Assembly (NCBI RefSeq): GCF_006345805.1
Contig: NC_042997.1
Location: 104,532,001-104,596,000, forward strand
Direction of reading: 5' to 3'
Source: Octopus sinensis
Taxonomy: Eukaryota
Length of the DNA: 64,000 bases
Position numbers and translations under genes: made by a program. Each line of letters starts with the position of its first letter. The stretch's first letter is position 1. Below the pieces are notes generated by a model, which was not told the origin of the DNA, did not search any database, and saw only the letters and a list, made by a program, of their open reading frames with translations. This document shows, in pieces, positions 12,999-26,710 of this stretch.

Positions 12999-13369
12999 GT
13001 TGATTTATATTATCTTCTTTCCCCACAGACTAATAGCAGGTAAGGTATATATATTTAAAAAAAAATATGTTTAAATAATTTTGAATTAATTCTTTTGTAT
13101 TATAATTTATTTTACGTTATAGTAGGCTTTAAAACGCTTATATTATTAGATTAGTATTTTGGAAATGACTTTCCATGTGTACTCCAGAAAATAAGGTTGT
13201 CTTGAAATTGAAGTTGTGGTCCTATTGGTAAAATCCCAAGTTTGTAATAATATATGATAAGACACATGCATATCACTTGGCCTCTAAGGTCTCTTTAGCG
13301 GATTTCACTCCGTTACCAGCGCATAGACCAAGTTTCCAGTTTGAGGTTAATTTGGTCTCTCCTTCCCAC

Positions 13370-13535
13370 CTCGTGAAACTTTGGGCTAGTGCTTTAACTA
13401 TCACCCGCACCGACCAAGTCGGTTTGTGAATGGATTTGGTAGATGGAAACTGAAAGAGACCCATCCTAAATATGTGCATGTAAGTCTATTTGTTTGTTTG
13501 TGTTGCGTTTGCCCCTTCCCCACCGCTTGACAACA
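13370..13535 (+). mobile_element. Decayed SINE family A fragment
   Basis: GGATTTGGTAGATGGAAACTGAAAGA and CCACCGCTTGACAAC blocks. Confidence 0.7.
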
Positions 13536-14719
13536 AATAAAGATAAGAGATGAAAAAGAAAAGACAGACAGATACACATTTACACGTAGGTGATGTCGAC
13601 ACACAAGCGCACGCGTATATATGCATATATATAGAGAGTGAGTGAAAGAGAGAGAAAGAGAGAGAGAGAGAGTGGGAAGCGAGGAGATGGGAATAGAAAG
13701 ACTGTAAGAGAGGCAGGAGGAAAATAGAGATGCTGTGCTAATGGGAAGAACATTCTCTTTACTGACACTATTGTGAGGAAATAAAAAGAAAACACGATTA
13801 TAAAAGGTAGATATTTAGCTACGAAAGAATGTTCTCAATATATCTAACTGTCTTGTAATACAATGCCAATTAGGATGGTGAAATGGAATTCTTCTAAATA
13901 ACGATGCATTCCTATATTTTTAAGACCAATCGACAATTGTGAAGATTTGCAGTTATAGAAACGTGGGAAACTCTTGTGAAAAGTGAGCTGCCATATATAG
14001 TACATCTTGAAAGTACACCAGAAGAAAATATTTCTCTTCATAAGTGAGGCACTAATAATCCCCTTCAAGGTTGCACACTCATAGTTTTTTGTTCTTTCTT
14101 GTAATATTGATCCGCATTATGTAGCTGTGCCTATTTCCTTCACAAGCCTTTCGAAATGAGTGGTGGTTCTTGAAAAATTGTGAGCAGGTATTACAGTGGA
14201 ATGCAGCTGTGAGGGGCTAATGCAGGTCTTGAGTGTTAGATAAACAACAGGAAACAAGAAAAGGAGACACGAATGAGTCGGGAATGTCTGAATGGCTGTT
14301 GCACTCACGTTATAGTGTCTACGGGGAAGAGACACAATTGAAAGCCATTGCTATAGCAGACGATAAAGTAGAGACTGAAGACAGCATGTGTGTTATCTTG
14401 TGATGGTAAGTAACTTTCATAAACATTAGTCAGCTTGCTTTTCCGTAGATGCGGTCAATTATATTTCTATCTTCCAATTACATACTGCCCTATCAATATA
14501 GGAGAAACAATGATCTTTATAGTCTTACTGATATAAAAACACTCAAGATTATCCCTATTGGATTGGAGTCCATTGTAGATATGCCTAATCAGAATCATTA
14601 TGTCGGATAGAAACAACATTTTTTGCAGCTTGATACTAAAATATTACATGTAGATATTATGTATGTCTTGAAATTCATTTCAAACTTTGGCACAAGCTCA
14701 GCAATTCGTGTGGAGGGCG

Positions 14720-15110
14720 CTAGTCGATTACATATACCCCCAGTTCTCAGCTTGTACTTATTTTTATCATCAAGGAAAGATCAAAGGCAAAGTCAACCTC
14801 GGCGGAGTTTGAGCTCACCGCATAAAGACGGACGAAATTTCGATAAGTATGCCCAGCGTGTTCACGATTCTGCCAGCGCGCTACTTTATATATGCTCTAA
14901 TATTGATTTTTTTAAATTGACAAACGCCAACAATTTCATGTGAGTTGGTTAGTCGATTACATCGCTCTCAGTACACAACTGGTACTTATTTTATCGACCC
15001 CGAAAGGATGAAAAACAAAGTCGAACTCGGCCGAGTTTGAACACAGACCGTAAAGACGGTCCAAATACCGCTAAGTATTTTATCAGAACGCTAACGATTC
15101 AACCAGCTTG
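14720..15110 (-). mobile_element. Head-to-tail dimer of decayed SINE family B
   Basis: Two successive copies of the GTACTTA...GAAAGGATGAAA...AAAGTCGACCTCGGC block. Confidence 0.8.
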
Positions 15111-15579
15111 TCTAATACACACACACACACACACGTTTTTATATAAATCTATTAAAACCTTCACGCAAAGTTGGGATGTTTATTCATTTTGATTCATTTT
15201 TCTTCTCTTTTTTAGTCAGTGGAGGGATAATCTTTAAAGTTTTTACCTTATTACACAGACAACCCATGCGTCAACTACTCGTATTTATATTCATTTCGAT
15301 GAAATAAAGTCGAGGACAACTGGACGAAAATGATTGCATAATTGGTGTAGTTCCTGAAGAGCATGGTTCGTATGATCTCCTGTTGTGGGCAAATAAAATA
15401 CATATCATTGACTGTATGGTTGTATATGCATATATGCGCGCGCGCGCGCGTGTCAGTGTCTGTCTGTGTCTGTGATTATGTCTGTGTGTGTATAGACACA
15501 AACACACACATATGCACATTTATATTTGAGTTTATGTGAGTGTGCGTTTGCACGTGCTAAGCTACATAGCGTTTAAATT

Positions 15580-16600
15580 TTCAGAGTTTTCCGTGTTTGG
15601 ATGTTGTAAATTTCTACCTGGTAAACGGAAAAATCTGTTGATAAGGCACTAGATTTTAGACAAAATGCAGTAAAGAAACTGCTTTTCTCATTTGCAGATG
15701 ACTCATTCCAGATAAAAAAAAAGAATCAAGTCTTCGACATAAGTATGGGATGCAATGAAAAGGAAGGGACGTACGAGGTAATAGGACTATGGAAATATAA
15801 AAAAAATTAAACTACCTCATTCATCCGGTATAAAACTATATAGTTTGACGACCTATTCCCTTAATATTAACGGGCATAATCTCAGAGTCGACCTTATATC
15901 AAAGAACCAAACAACCTAAAAAGCAACTAATTTTAGTAAATTACCCAGTGATTGCAATAAACCTAACAACGAGAAAATGCTATCCTCACTAAACTAGATT
16001 TCTTATTCATATAAACATTCACTCAAAACGTACAAAATTGATTAAATAGTCAACTGTATAAGCCGGCATATCTCTATGTTATTGGTTGAAATATATATTC
16101 GAGAACGATTCACTAGGTTGCAATGGTGTCTTGAAGGCAGGCGGTGTCAAACAAAAATTAAAATACACATACAAGGTCAAGCAAACGAACAACAAATAAT
16201 ATAAAGCGGAGAAATAAATATTACCTGCTCAAATGCACCCTTTATCCTAAATATAGATACAAACTTCCTATCACTAAACACCAAATGCTTCCCAGCCAAA
16301 CGTAAATACCGCAAAGTATTCAATTATAACAGTACAAAATTTAGCCACAGATGTATATGTGCATAAACCCATAGGAATACGCAACAAAAATATACGAAAA
16401 CACGGTATTTAGGCGAAGATTAATGCAACTTCAGCATTATGTTTAATCTCTTGACCATTATGTTTAATCTCCCTAAAATATCATAAAGTATCAAGCAGCA
16501 GTATCGCTAGAGAAACAGATAATAAAAAACTTTATAGACTCTCCTGATGAACTATTTAAAGATTATATAGGCAAGAAATAGACTCATTCTAAAACGCCTA
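15580..16600 (+). mobile_element. Decayed Penelope-like element (Naiad-like RT, thumb and GIY-YIG)
   Basis: LDVVNFY, DKALDF, KKLLFS...VFDISMG...EVIGL, KEPNN, NITCSNAPFILNIDTNFLSLNTKCFPAKRKYRKVFN, KYQAAV...FIDS...FK...SF. Confidence 0.75.
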
Positions 16601-16690
16601 CCAAAGATATGCCATATCCTTCTCTATGTATGAAAAACTGCATAAACACAATGTAAGAGACGCTGTCTTCTCTTATATAAATGCACTATA

Positions 16691-16840
16691 CGAGGTCGGA
16701 TTCCAAAATCAGTAGGAACGCTGTGACTGCTGCATTCCTGAGCAAGGTTACTATTTCGAAGGAGATGATGTTAAAGCTTAGATAAACAAGTTAATATTTG
16801 TTAAACATTACTATTCCTGGAACATATTGATGCCACTTCG
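16691..16840 (+). mobile_element. 150-bp mariner-derived MITE / deletion derivative
   Basis: TA on both sides, degenerate TIRs (CGAGGTCGGATT... / CGAAGTGGCATC...rc), retains the transposase C-terminus CIPEQGYYFEGD. Confidence 0.7.
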
Positions 16841-18257
16841 TATAAAAACACAACATAGTCAAACATAGTTTGCAAAAGAAATGTGGTCATCCAGCTCTAC
16901 ATCTTTCAAATAAATTCATCATCAAAAATCGTCTTAGAAAAGAATATACAGTCAATAATGCAGTAACCGCAATAAGGGCAGTGAAAATGCGATGATATCA
17001 ATGACAACAAAACTGTAGTAGCGTCCACTCTACCTTACATCTAATAGAGAAAATCACACACTCATGAAATCACTTAATTACAGAATAAAACTACAAACAG
17101 TTGACTCAACGTGCGTAACCAAACTCGTGTTATACAGATTGGAATATTATATATGCATAGGAAAAGTACATGATCAACCCAAACCATTTAACTATAAAAT
17201 AATCTAGCAGTTGGACATTCGGTCAACAATTCTAACCACCAAAACCTCTAGACTATTAAAACTAAAACAAGATTCATATCACCAAATTCTATACTGTACC
17301 TGTAATCCTGTACTCACCAAAGTTACATTTGAGGCTGGTAAAGTGCATATCGACCTGATCGAGGTATATCAAATCATGGAGAAATATTCATATTCATTAT
17401 TTGGAACTAGAATTGTTGTCTCAAGAAAATTTCCTCGTTTGTAAAAATCGTTGATTATTTCATTCAAAGCGTATTGCATTCGCTAGTTACACCGTCATTC
17501 TAATGAAATCCTCGAAAGACCCTCATGATTCTTTGAGACAGAGCGAAAGAGAAAAAAGACAGAAAGAATAAGAAAAAGGAAGTTAATAAGTTGGCATGAA
17601 TCGATGATTCGATCTTCTACCCGGACAGCGAACCGAGAAAACACTAGTCTTTATTTGTCACAGTCATTCAATTGCGTCCTTAGTAAATATACTTATTACT
17701 CATTGACAAACTTCATTTAACAGTAAGTAAACAGCAAAAGCTGGTATTGTTAAGCAAAAACAGATATCAGCAGAATTGTTAGCCTTAGCAATACGGGTCA
17801 ACGACAAGCTCAAACGCAACCGGTCGGTCAGTTAGAAAAAGCAGGAAAGTCTTTCTTTTTCACACTACACAATACATATCTTAAAACAAAGGGACAAACA
17901 TTCTTAAATGTTATAAAGATGGTTGACCTGAAAACAAAACATGTTGACCACGGAGGGAAAGCGTTTGAATAGAAATATATCTGCTCTCTCATAGTCCACC
18001 AAGGGCTATACAGGGAAAGCTAAGTAATATTTCGTTGGCTGTCGGTGCAATACTCAACCCAACTTAGTAGTGAGAGTGAAGAATAAAAACAGAAGGGCGT
18101 GATATTGATAGTGTAATAACTTAAATCGGATTTTACGCTTAACTGTTCTCACTGACTCAATACATACACGACACGGAATAGTGGAATATCATTGTACGAA
18201 CTGTTATCATTGTGTATAAGGGTACGTGGGTGTTTGTGCATGTATGCATATTATATA

Positions 18258-18329
<72 letters not shown>

Positions 18330-19149
18330 ATAACACACACACACATATATATATATGACATAGGGAGGAAGAAAGAGAGAAGAGGTGAAAGGAGAGAAGT
18401 AGAGAAAGGGAGAGAAGGAGAGAGGGATAGTGGAGAGCGGGGGCGTTTAGAGAAAGAGAAATCAGAACATTAGATTGAACGAAACAACGCGTGAATGAAA
18501 CAGAGCAAAAAAGGCGATCAAAAGAATATAAGGCGTCGAAGTTTTATTATTGTGGGTCGTCGGCAACAAAGAAAAAGTTAAGAGAAAGGGTGTGTCGAGA
18601 AATCACCAAGAGTTTAGTCCGTCTTGATAAAGAAAAAATGTATATGCTGTATATTTAAATGTGTGTTTGTGTGTGCGTGTGTGCGTATGTGTGTGTTCTA
18701 AACCAGATTTAAGAATAACAACAGGACAATTAGTGAGGTGGCGGCACAATGCTAAAATATATGTATATAAATGTGTTGTATACATATATACAATATATAG
18801 CATTCATTGCATTATACATGAATATATATGTATATATAAATATATATATTCATATTTATGTGTGTGGGTATGATGTGAAGCCAAGCGCCTTCACATCATA
18901 TATAAACATAAGTGTGTGTGTGTGTGTGTGTGTGTGTGCTTGTATTATGAAGCAACTCTAAACTAACAACAGAGCAATTAGTGAGTTGGCGTCACAATAC
19001 CAAAAACATATCAAAGGCTTTTCACAACTGTTAAAGAGGATTTCAACATCTGCAAGAAGAAAGTCCCTATTGAAAGCGAAATATAGAGAAATATAAAAAG
19101 CAAACAAACGAAAAAAAGGGGTTTTGTTTCGTTATCTATGCATGAAAAT

Positions 19150-19965
19150 GTTTCCGCGCCGATATATCCAAGAGAAAATTAAGCCGATATAGTTTGACAC
19201 CAGTGACCCAAAACACGTTACTGTTAGAATGCAGAGGCCCAGAACAGGGAACTCAAGGCATTTTTGCCAACATGGATTGGAACATTTTTCATCGAATTAG
19301 AAAGCGACAGCTCCAGAGAATTGCACCAACAGTGAAGAGGCTCGGAACAACAGCAGCAGAGCATACATTCTGATGCTCAAGGGAAAGAAGGAAGGCAAAA
19401 GAGTGACAGTCACACGGGTATATAGAAAAACTTACTTGCTAATACAAATTCGGTGTGTGTTGCCACAAATTCTCTGCCTCTCCGTCCTTTTGGATAATTT
19501 TAAAACGTTACCCACTATTTTCGTCTTCTTGGCCCTAATGCCATATTCTACTCGACTGTTCGTCCTTGTCCACCGTCCTAAATCACACACTGTGTCATTT
19601 TGCTTTACTTTGTTTTGTTTTGTTTGCTCTCGGCTGTGAATTCTCCGCAGAAATAATTTCTTTTTGCAGGTGCGAAACTGAGTATTAGCAATTAGTTGAT
19701 AACTGATGAAGAATTAAGGACCTTCTGTGTTTGTCTCCCGTCCAGTTTTACACTCAGTATATGTTAAGTCGTGTGTTTATTTACCATACATTATATGATA
19801 GATCGGTAGCCACTACACACATTTTTTTCTCTCCTTGTTTTTTTTCTATGGCCCTTTCTGTAGAAGAGCATAGGCTCGAAACGTAAAAGTCTTTTTCAAT
19901 TCCTGAGCGTTATACTAATACATCTATCTGTTTTGCACACCACCTGTCTTCGTCTTTTGTTTTTT
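19150..19965 (+). mobile_element. Penelope-like 3' region / pseudo-LTR remnant
   Basis: Weak thumb-like peptides upstream, pyrimidine-rich tail carrying a hammerhead-like motif, abrupt end at (TA)n. Confidence 0.5.
19854..19889 (+). ncRNA. Minimal hammerhead-like motif with A6U core variant
   Basis: CUUU-CUGUAGA-A-GAGC AUAG GCUC-GAAAC-GUA-AAAG. Confidence 0.5.
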
Positions 19966-19976
19966 TCATGAACTCT

Positions 19977-20167
<191 letters not shown>

Positions 20168-20502
20168 TTATGATATTTAAATACTGATCCTATCAGGTGG
20201 CCAGCATGGGAATAAAAACCTTCAAACGAAATAATCATAATTAAAATTATAATTTAGGGTATCTAAGAGATACCACCACGCTGAAATAGCAGGCAAAACT
20301 TGACTCTGAAACCACATTAAATGTTCATACAGCACCAGGAGAGAAGACAATGAGCTCTTCAATTAGTTTTTATTTGTTCGTTTTAATTCGTTTTTATTTG
20401 TTTTATTCGTTTATTTGAATCGACTATATATTCATCCATCCATCCATCCATACATACATCCATCCATACATACATACATGCATACATACATACATACATA
20501 CA

Positions 20503-20533
<31 letters not shown>

Positions 20534-20556
20534 TTATACACACACACACACATATA

Positions 20557-20589
<33 letters not shown>

Positions 20590-20604
20590 TGTTTGAATTT
20601 TTTC

Positions 20605-20790
20605 TCATTACCACTTAGCAAATGGTAATGCTTTGTTTACCTGTGTAACTTAGTGGCCGGGAAAAGGGACAGGTAGAATAAGTACGAGCCTTACAAAAAT
20701 AAGTACCGGAGCCAATTTGTTCGATTAAACCATTGAAAGTGGTGCCCCAGTATAGTCGCTGTCCAATGAGTTAAAGAAGCAGAAAGAAAA
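20605..20790 (+). mobile_element. SINE family A 3' half, decayed
   Basis: GTAACTTAG...AGAATAAGTAC...AATAAGTACC...GGTGCCCCAGTAT blocks. Confidence 0.7.
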
Positions 20791-21247
20791 AAGAAACCTT
20801 CCACATTTTCTATATGCAGCCTTCTCAGATTTTCGCGTTTCATCTCTTATTCAATTTTTTAGTTCGTTATGACATGCGATTTGTGCTTGATGAATATACG
20901 TTTGGGATATTTCTCAACTTTAGTAGCACTTTAAGGCATGTATTGCGTCTTTTAAATAATTATGTATCTCTCAACAGATGAAGTACTTTCAATTTTCCAT
21001 CAGAGAACAGTACATTATTTATATATATATATATATAATTTTTATACTTTTTGGTTAGTTTAAAAAAATTTTTTTTAAATTTAAAGTTTAAAAATTTAAT
21101 AACTTCAAATTTTAATAATTTAAATTTAAATTTTTATTTCTGATATATATATATATTGCATATTATATTAATTATATTTATTTTTTATGTTTTGGTTTAT
21201 GTCTATCACTGTTTGAGTTGCCTAATAGTGGTTGTATTACTAATTTA

Positions 21248-21320
<73 letters not shown>

Positions 21321-21371
21321 TATATATATGTATATATATGTATTTATATAATATATATATATACATGTGTG

Positions 21372-21403
<32 letters not shown>

Positions 21404-22446
21404 TGTACATATGTATGTCTATATACATGTATATATATGTGTTTATATAAGTATGCGTATATACATATAGAGAGGGAACGTGTTATATGAGATATAGTGA
21501 GTTTATATTGTTCCTGATCATCGTATGTATGAGTGCATGCTTGTCTGTGCGTTTACACACGTACATGAATGAATAGGTGGGTGCGAATGTGTTTAGGTTA
21601 AAGTTAACGATTTGTAGTAGACAATAAACCCGGAGACACCGTATTAAATGGGCGAAAGAAAAGTTACATTATGAATTAAAGGTGAATTACTGTATAAAAC
21701 ACTACGTTCTCGATACAATATGCCAACACCCAGAAACATATAGCCCAACAAAGATAATTGTGTAGAGAGAAAGTTATAGAAATGACACCATATAACTACC
21801 TACCTACCTACCTACCTACCTGTCTACATACATACATACATACATACATACATACATACATACATACATACATACATACATACATGCATACATACATACA
21901 TACATATGTGTGTGTGTGTGTGTTGTGTGTATGTATATATATATATATATATAAACATATATATATATATATCATAGACCGTGAGCGTGTATGTCTTTTG
22001 TTTAAAGAGGAAGTGGAAAATTATAATGCTCCAGAGAAAGTCGATTTATTGTTAACACGCTTCGCTGTGTCTTAAATACAACATATAACGGCCTTACATA
22101 AACATTCATTCATTCTTTTTAATATTTGTCTATATGTACACACAGACGCACACCCGCGCACACACATACACACACATATATACATATACGTCTGTGTGTA
22201 TGTGTGTATGTCAGTGCGTGTATATATATGTGTGTGTGCGTATACAAACATACATGCATATATGCATACAAACATACACACTCACACACATACATACACA
22301 CACACACACATGTAAATACATAGATACATACATACATACATATATATATATATATACATATAAATCGTTTTAATATTTTACTTGTTCCAGACATTAGATA
22401 CCAGTCATGCTGGGGCTCTGCCTTGAAATTTCAATCAAATTATATA

Positions 22447-22558
22447 TTTATTTCTTTACTACCCACAAGGGGCTAAACACAGAGGGGACAAACAAGGACA
22501 GACAAAGGGATTAAGTCGATTACATCGACCCCAGTGCGTAACTGGTACTTTTAATCGA
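22447..22558 (-). mobile_element. SINE family B 3' part
   Basis: Reverse complement of the tail at 36030-36120. Confidence 0.9.
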
Positions 22559-23356
22559 ATGAAACGTTTCCAATAGTTATCATTGCTATTCTTTTTTTCG
22601 TTGATTTCTCTCAAAGTTCTCTAATCATTTTACAATACATTTTTAAGAAAGGGAGAATGTGAAGAATAAGGGCATTCTAATTCAAATGTACAGACAGGGA
22701 CTATGATTAGATCTGAATTTCAGGACCCGAAATGGTTTTAAGTTTCAAATTGCTATATAGTGTATTCATTTCATTCTTCATTTCGCAGTCCTTAGAAACT
22801 TTTGTCGAAAATTAGTATGAAATCTCTGACACATTCTCTGCCATGAGGAGTTAGATTGACAGACGAGAATAAAATTCTTTGAACTATATCCTCTTTTCTT
22901 GAAATAGTTGAGGTTAAATGCTTTCTTGTTAAGTAGCTTAGTATTTTGTTTCACCCATTGAATTACAATTTGTAAGGGACCACATTGGTCTTTCGTCCGA
23001 GACTTACAATATTAACAATTTTCTGAAGTTTAGAGTTGCCTGCAAAGATGTTTATATCCAGCATTGAATGACAATATGATGTTATTTATGTAAATTATGA
23101 AGACCCCTGGAACCACCAACAAAACTGAGGTGAATACCATTTTAGATGGAATAAAGAGGAAACGCAGAACTTATGTCTTCTGGTTAGCAGGAAACAATTC
23201 CATAAACACCAATGCTTTTTAATTTTATTTTAGACATAATACTGTGGTAAATTCCAAGTTCCTGTATGTATAGTATATGTCTATATTTATGAACATTTTC
23301 GACAAAATGAAAATTTTATCAAAGTTACAAAAATCAACAGACAATTGGAATGGATG

Positions 23357-23737
23357 GAAGCACCCCGTCGGTTACGACGATGTGGGTTCCGGTTGATCCG
23401 AATCAACGGAACAGCCTGCTCGTGAAATTAACGTGTAAGTGGCTGAGCACTCCACAGACACGTGTACCCTTAACGTAGTTCTCGGGGATATTCAGCATGA
23501 CACAGAGAGTGACAAGGCCGGCCCTTTGAAATACAGGTACAACAGAAACAGGAAGTAAGAGTGAGAGAAAGTTGTGGTGAAAGAGTACAGGAGGGATCAC
23601 CAACATCCCCTGCCGGAGCCTCGTGGAGCTTTAGGTGTTTTCGCTCAATAAACACTCACAACGCCCGGTCTGGGAATCGAAACCGCGATCTTATGACCGC
23701 GAGTTCGCTGCCCTAACCACTGGGCCATTGCGCCTCC
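23357..23737 (-). mobile_element. Full-length tRNA(Arg)-like-headed SINE (OR-type) with a 12-bp target-site duplication
   Basis: A box TGGCCCAGTGG, B box GGTTTCGATTCC, anticodon-like ACTCGCG; TSD CAACAGACAATT at 23335-23346 and 23740-23751. Confidence 0.92.
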
Positions 23738-24257
23738 ACCAACAGACAATTAGTGCTTTAATCGCTATATTCAGTATGGAGTAAGATACAAGCTAAGGAT
23801 TGGAAATGAGCCTATAACTTTGCTATTGCATATACTCTAACCGGTGGAGAATGGAATAGAGTCCATTTCTATGTGGTCACATAATATATTACTAATTAAA
23901 GAGATCGGTAGCAGTGAATCTGGTGACAGAATATTTCTCTAAAATTAATACAGTTACTGGATTGATCGTACAGTACTGTCGACATGTCAATGTAAGTCTC
24001 CTACATTGAATTACTTCCTATCGTGGATCTTTGAGCAAAAATAGTTTACGGTTATATACATATACTAGACGTACGCACTCACACACCTATACATATCTAT
24101 ATATACACATCCATGCACATAACCGCTCGTGCCCCCAATGCTCACCTATGTATAAATGGTAAGTTTCTACATGTCATGATAATCCGTTCCATTATAGGCC
24201 CATTCCATTATAGGCGTAAGTGTGATTGAGTGTGTGTGCGAGTTTGTGTGTGTATGT

Positions 24258-24337
<80 letters not shown>

Positions 24338-24612
24338 AGTGTGAGGGAGAAAGAGCGAGCCTATAACAAAACACATAGTTGTTTAGTTGTATTTTCTGTT
24401 TTTGAACACGGCGGACGCGATTCTGGTATGATTCACAGTAGAGAGGAGGTCTCCGCTGGCTTATGCGCACACAAAGTTTGTTAATATATGCGCACGCATA
24501 CACATAAGAATATAGTAACAGTAAATATTTATGCTTTGTTTTGTTCTTTAACATTTCTGTATGTATTCTTTTCTACTCTAGACACAAGCCCAGAAATTTT
24601 TGGAGAGGGAGC

Positions 24613-24773
24613 CAATCGATTAGATCAACCCCAGTACGCAACTGGTACTTAATTTATCGACCCCGAAAGGATGAAAGGCAAAGTCGACCTCGGCGGAATT
24701 TGAAATTAGAACGTAAAGACAGACGAAATACCGCTAAGCATTTCACCCGGCGTTTCTGCCAGTTCGCCGCCTT
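24613..24773 (-). mobile_element. SINE family B, head and central domain
   Basis: High similarity to 35888-36060. Confidence 0.9.
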
Positions 24774-24879
24774 CTCGCTCGCATTTCTGTATATATTATC
24801 GGCCTTCACAAAAAGGCGTTCGCGCAAAACCTGTGCAGTGAACAAATCAGTTATAGTTAATCATTGAAAACTCAAGTAC

Positions 24880-25060
24880 CTTTGGTGCAATTTGCGATTC
24901 GAACTGACTTTTTCAAGTGCCAACTCCCATTGATTTGCTAAGTAGTCTTCAGTGACATCTTTATGCCCCTTTTCATCAGTGAATACCTGTTGTCTTAAGA
25001 ATGTTCTCATAACGGACGATATGGGAGATTGACAGAGTTCAGTGAGTTTAATTGTCTTGG
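24880..25060 (-). CDS. Candidate internal coding exon, phase 1 to 2, unknown protein
   Basis: TTTGAACAG| acceptor, AG|GTACTT donor, open frame (A)KTIKLTELCQSPISSVMRTFLRQQVFTDEKGHKDVTEDYLANQWELALEKVSSNRKLHQ; no homology recognised. Confidence 0.35.
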
Positions 25061-25309
25061 CTGTTCAAATAGGGCCGGACAAAACTCGGCATTTTTTTGT
25101 TGTTTTTCACATCATAAAATCTGTTCAAATTTTGGCACTTGAATTTTGATATGGAAATAATGAATATTTCTTTTGTTATGTTATTTTTACTTAAAGAAAA
25201 CAAGAAAAACAAAGAAAAAAACATTTATTTGATGGTTTTCTTCTTTTATGCAAACGAGCATAATCTTACAAGGCTGAACTGGAAAATCATTCCGGAATTC
25301 TACTCTCAC

Positions 25310-25328
25310 CACGCTCGTAGTTGGTGTA
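25310..25328 (-). CDS. Candidate 19-nt exon, phase 0 to 1 (YTNYER)
   Basis: TTCTCATTTAG| acceptor, G|GTGAGA donor; found while looking for a phase bridge, so weak. Confidence 0.2.
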
Positions 25329-26391
25329 CTAAATGAGAACTTGTTGACCGAACAATAGAGCTAGGGCATGGAATTATTTATAACCTCTTTCGATACGATT
25401 CGTATTCATTGTAGTCAAACAGAAGAAAAGTTAACGAATTAACCTCATAGCATGTTTCCAAAAATGGCGCTTTTGTTCAACGTATTTTAAGGAGAACAAA
25501 ACCTACAAAACCAGTTTGATTGTGAATCTAACAATACTGGAACGTGGGGAACTATTTCGTCATAGAAAAAATACGATTGACACTGCAAGCGGTTCACTCA
25601 TCTATGTATTTTCTTCTCAAACAATGTCATTATTTTTTTTTTATTTGTTCAAAGATTAATACGACAGATTAGATTAAAATTCTCATGAAACACTTCAAAT
25701 AAAAAAAGCTCTTGTTGGTAATATTGCTTTACTTTGATTTTTTCTTCCAAATGATTTTTCAGCGATAAAAGAAATATATGAAAGACACAAATATGTATGC
25801 TGAGTTCAGTTTCTAATATTGTGTTGTTTTGTGGGGAGAAAGATTAATGATGGTGAAAAGCGTTCTAGGTAGTGTCAGGAGCAAAACAGACAGAGTGAGT
25901 GAGAATAAAGGCGAAGAAAGCAATATAACATAGAGAGTGGCTCTATCAGAACGTTGGTGGAAATAATGGGTTAAGTGGGGAAAAATAAAAGAAATAGAAG
26001 ACGCAACAGTCAAAGAATATATGAAAATGTAAAACAATGAGGTTGTTGATCGTGTTATGAAAGAAAGTAACAAAGAAGAAAATATGAGAGCGCGTAGGTT
26101 AAAAATTAGAAACTGAAGAGTATTTCGTTCAGTGTTGATATAAAGGAAATGAGGAAATCACTGATAATTATTACAAGAATTCTATTATTGAAACTAATGT
26201 CAAAATTTTTCAGGTGGATTATTATTACGGCCGTCTCGTTAACAAATTGTTAGGTTATTTTCGAAAATGAAGAGTTTTGTGATAATTAATTGTAATTCTA
26301 TGATTTGATGATGACCATGTAAGCGGGTGTGCAGGCGTGTACATGTGCATACACACACGCACACGCACACACACAAACGTATATATATATG

Positions 26392-26526
26392 TAGGCGCAA
26401 GAGTGGCTATGTGGTAAGTAGCTTGCTTACAAATTACATGGTTCCGGGTTCAGTCGCACAACAAAACGTTGTGAGTGGATTTAGAAGATGAAAAGAGCCC
26501 GTCGTATATATGTATATATATGTATG

Positions 26527-26575
<49 letters not shown>

Positions 26576-26640
26576 ATATATATTTCTGTGTGTGTATGTG
26601 TTTGTCCCCCAACCATTGCTTGACAAGTGATGCTGGTGTG
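26392..26640 (+). mobile_element. SINE family A 5' part
   Basis: Head GGCGCAAGAGTGGCTATGTGGTAAGTAGCTTGCTT...GGTTCAGTC. Confidence 0.85.
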
Positions 26641-26710
26641 TTTATCACATAGACATGTGCTGAAAGCGAGGGAAGTGAGAAAAAAAAAGATTTTTTAAAA
26701 AAGGTTTAGC

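Noticed and set aside
15698-15777. Apparently perfect exon (TTTTCTCATTTGCAG|...GAG|GTAATA, open frame)
   Set aside because: The peptide VFDISMG...EVIGL is the RT motif of the surrounding Penelope-like fossil and continues in frame across both putative splice sites
16543-16580. CTGATGA...GAAAT hammerhead-like words
   Set aside because: No helix I or III; lies inside the GIY-YIG coding remnant
23660-23737. tRNA-Arg-like sequence (and similar heads of SINEs A, B and C)
   Set aside because: No proper acceptor stem; continues into a SINE body with a TSD
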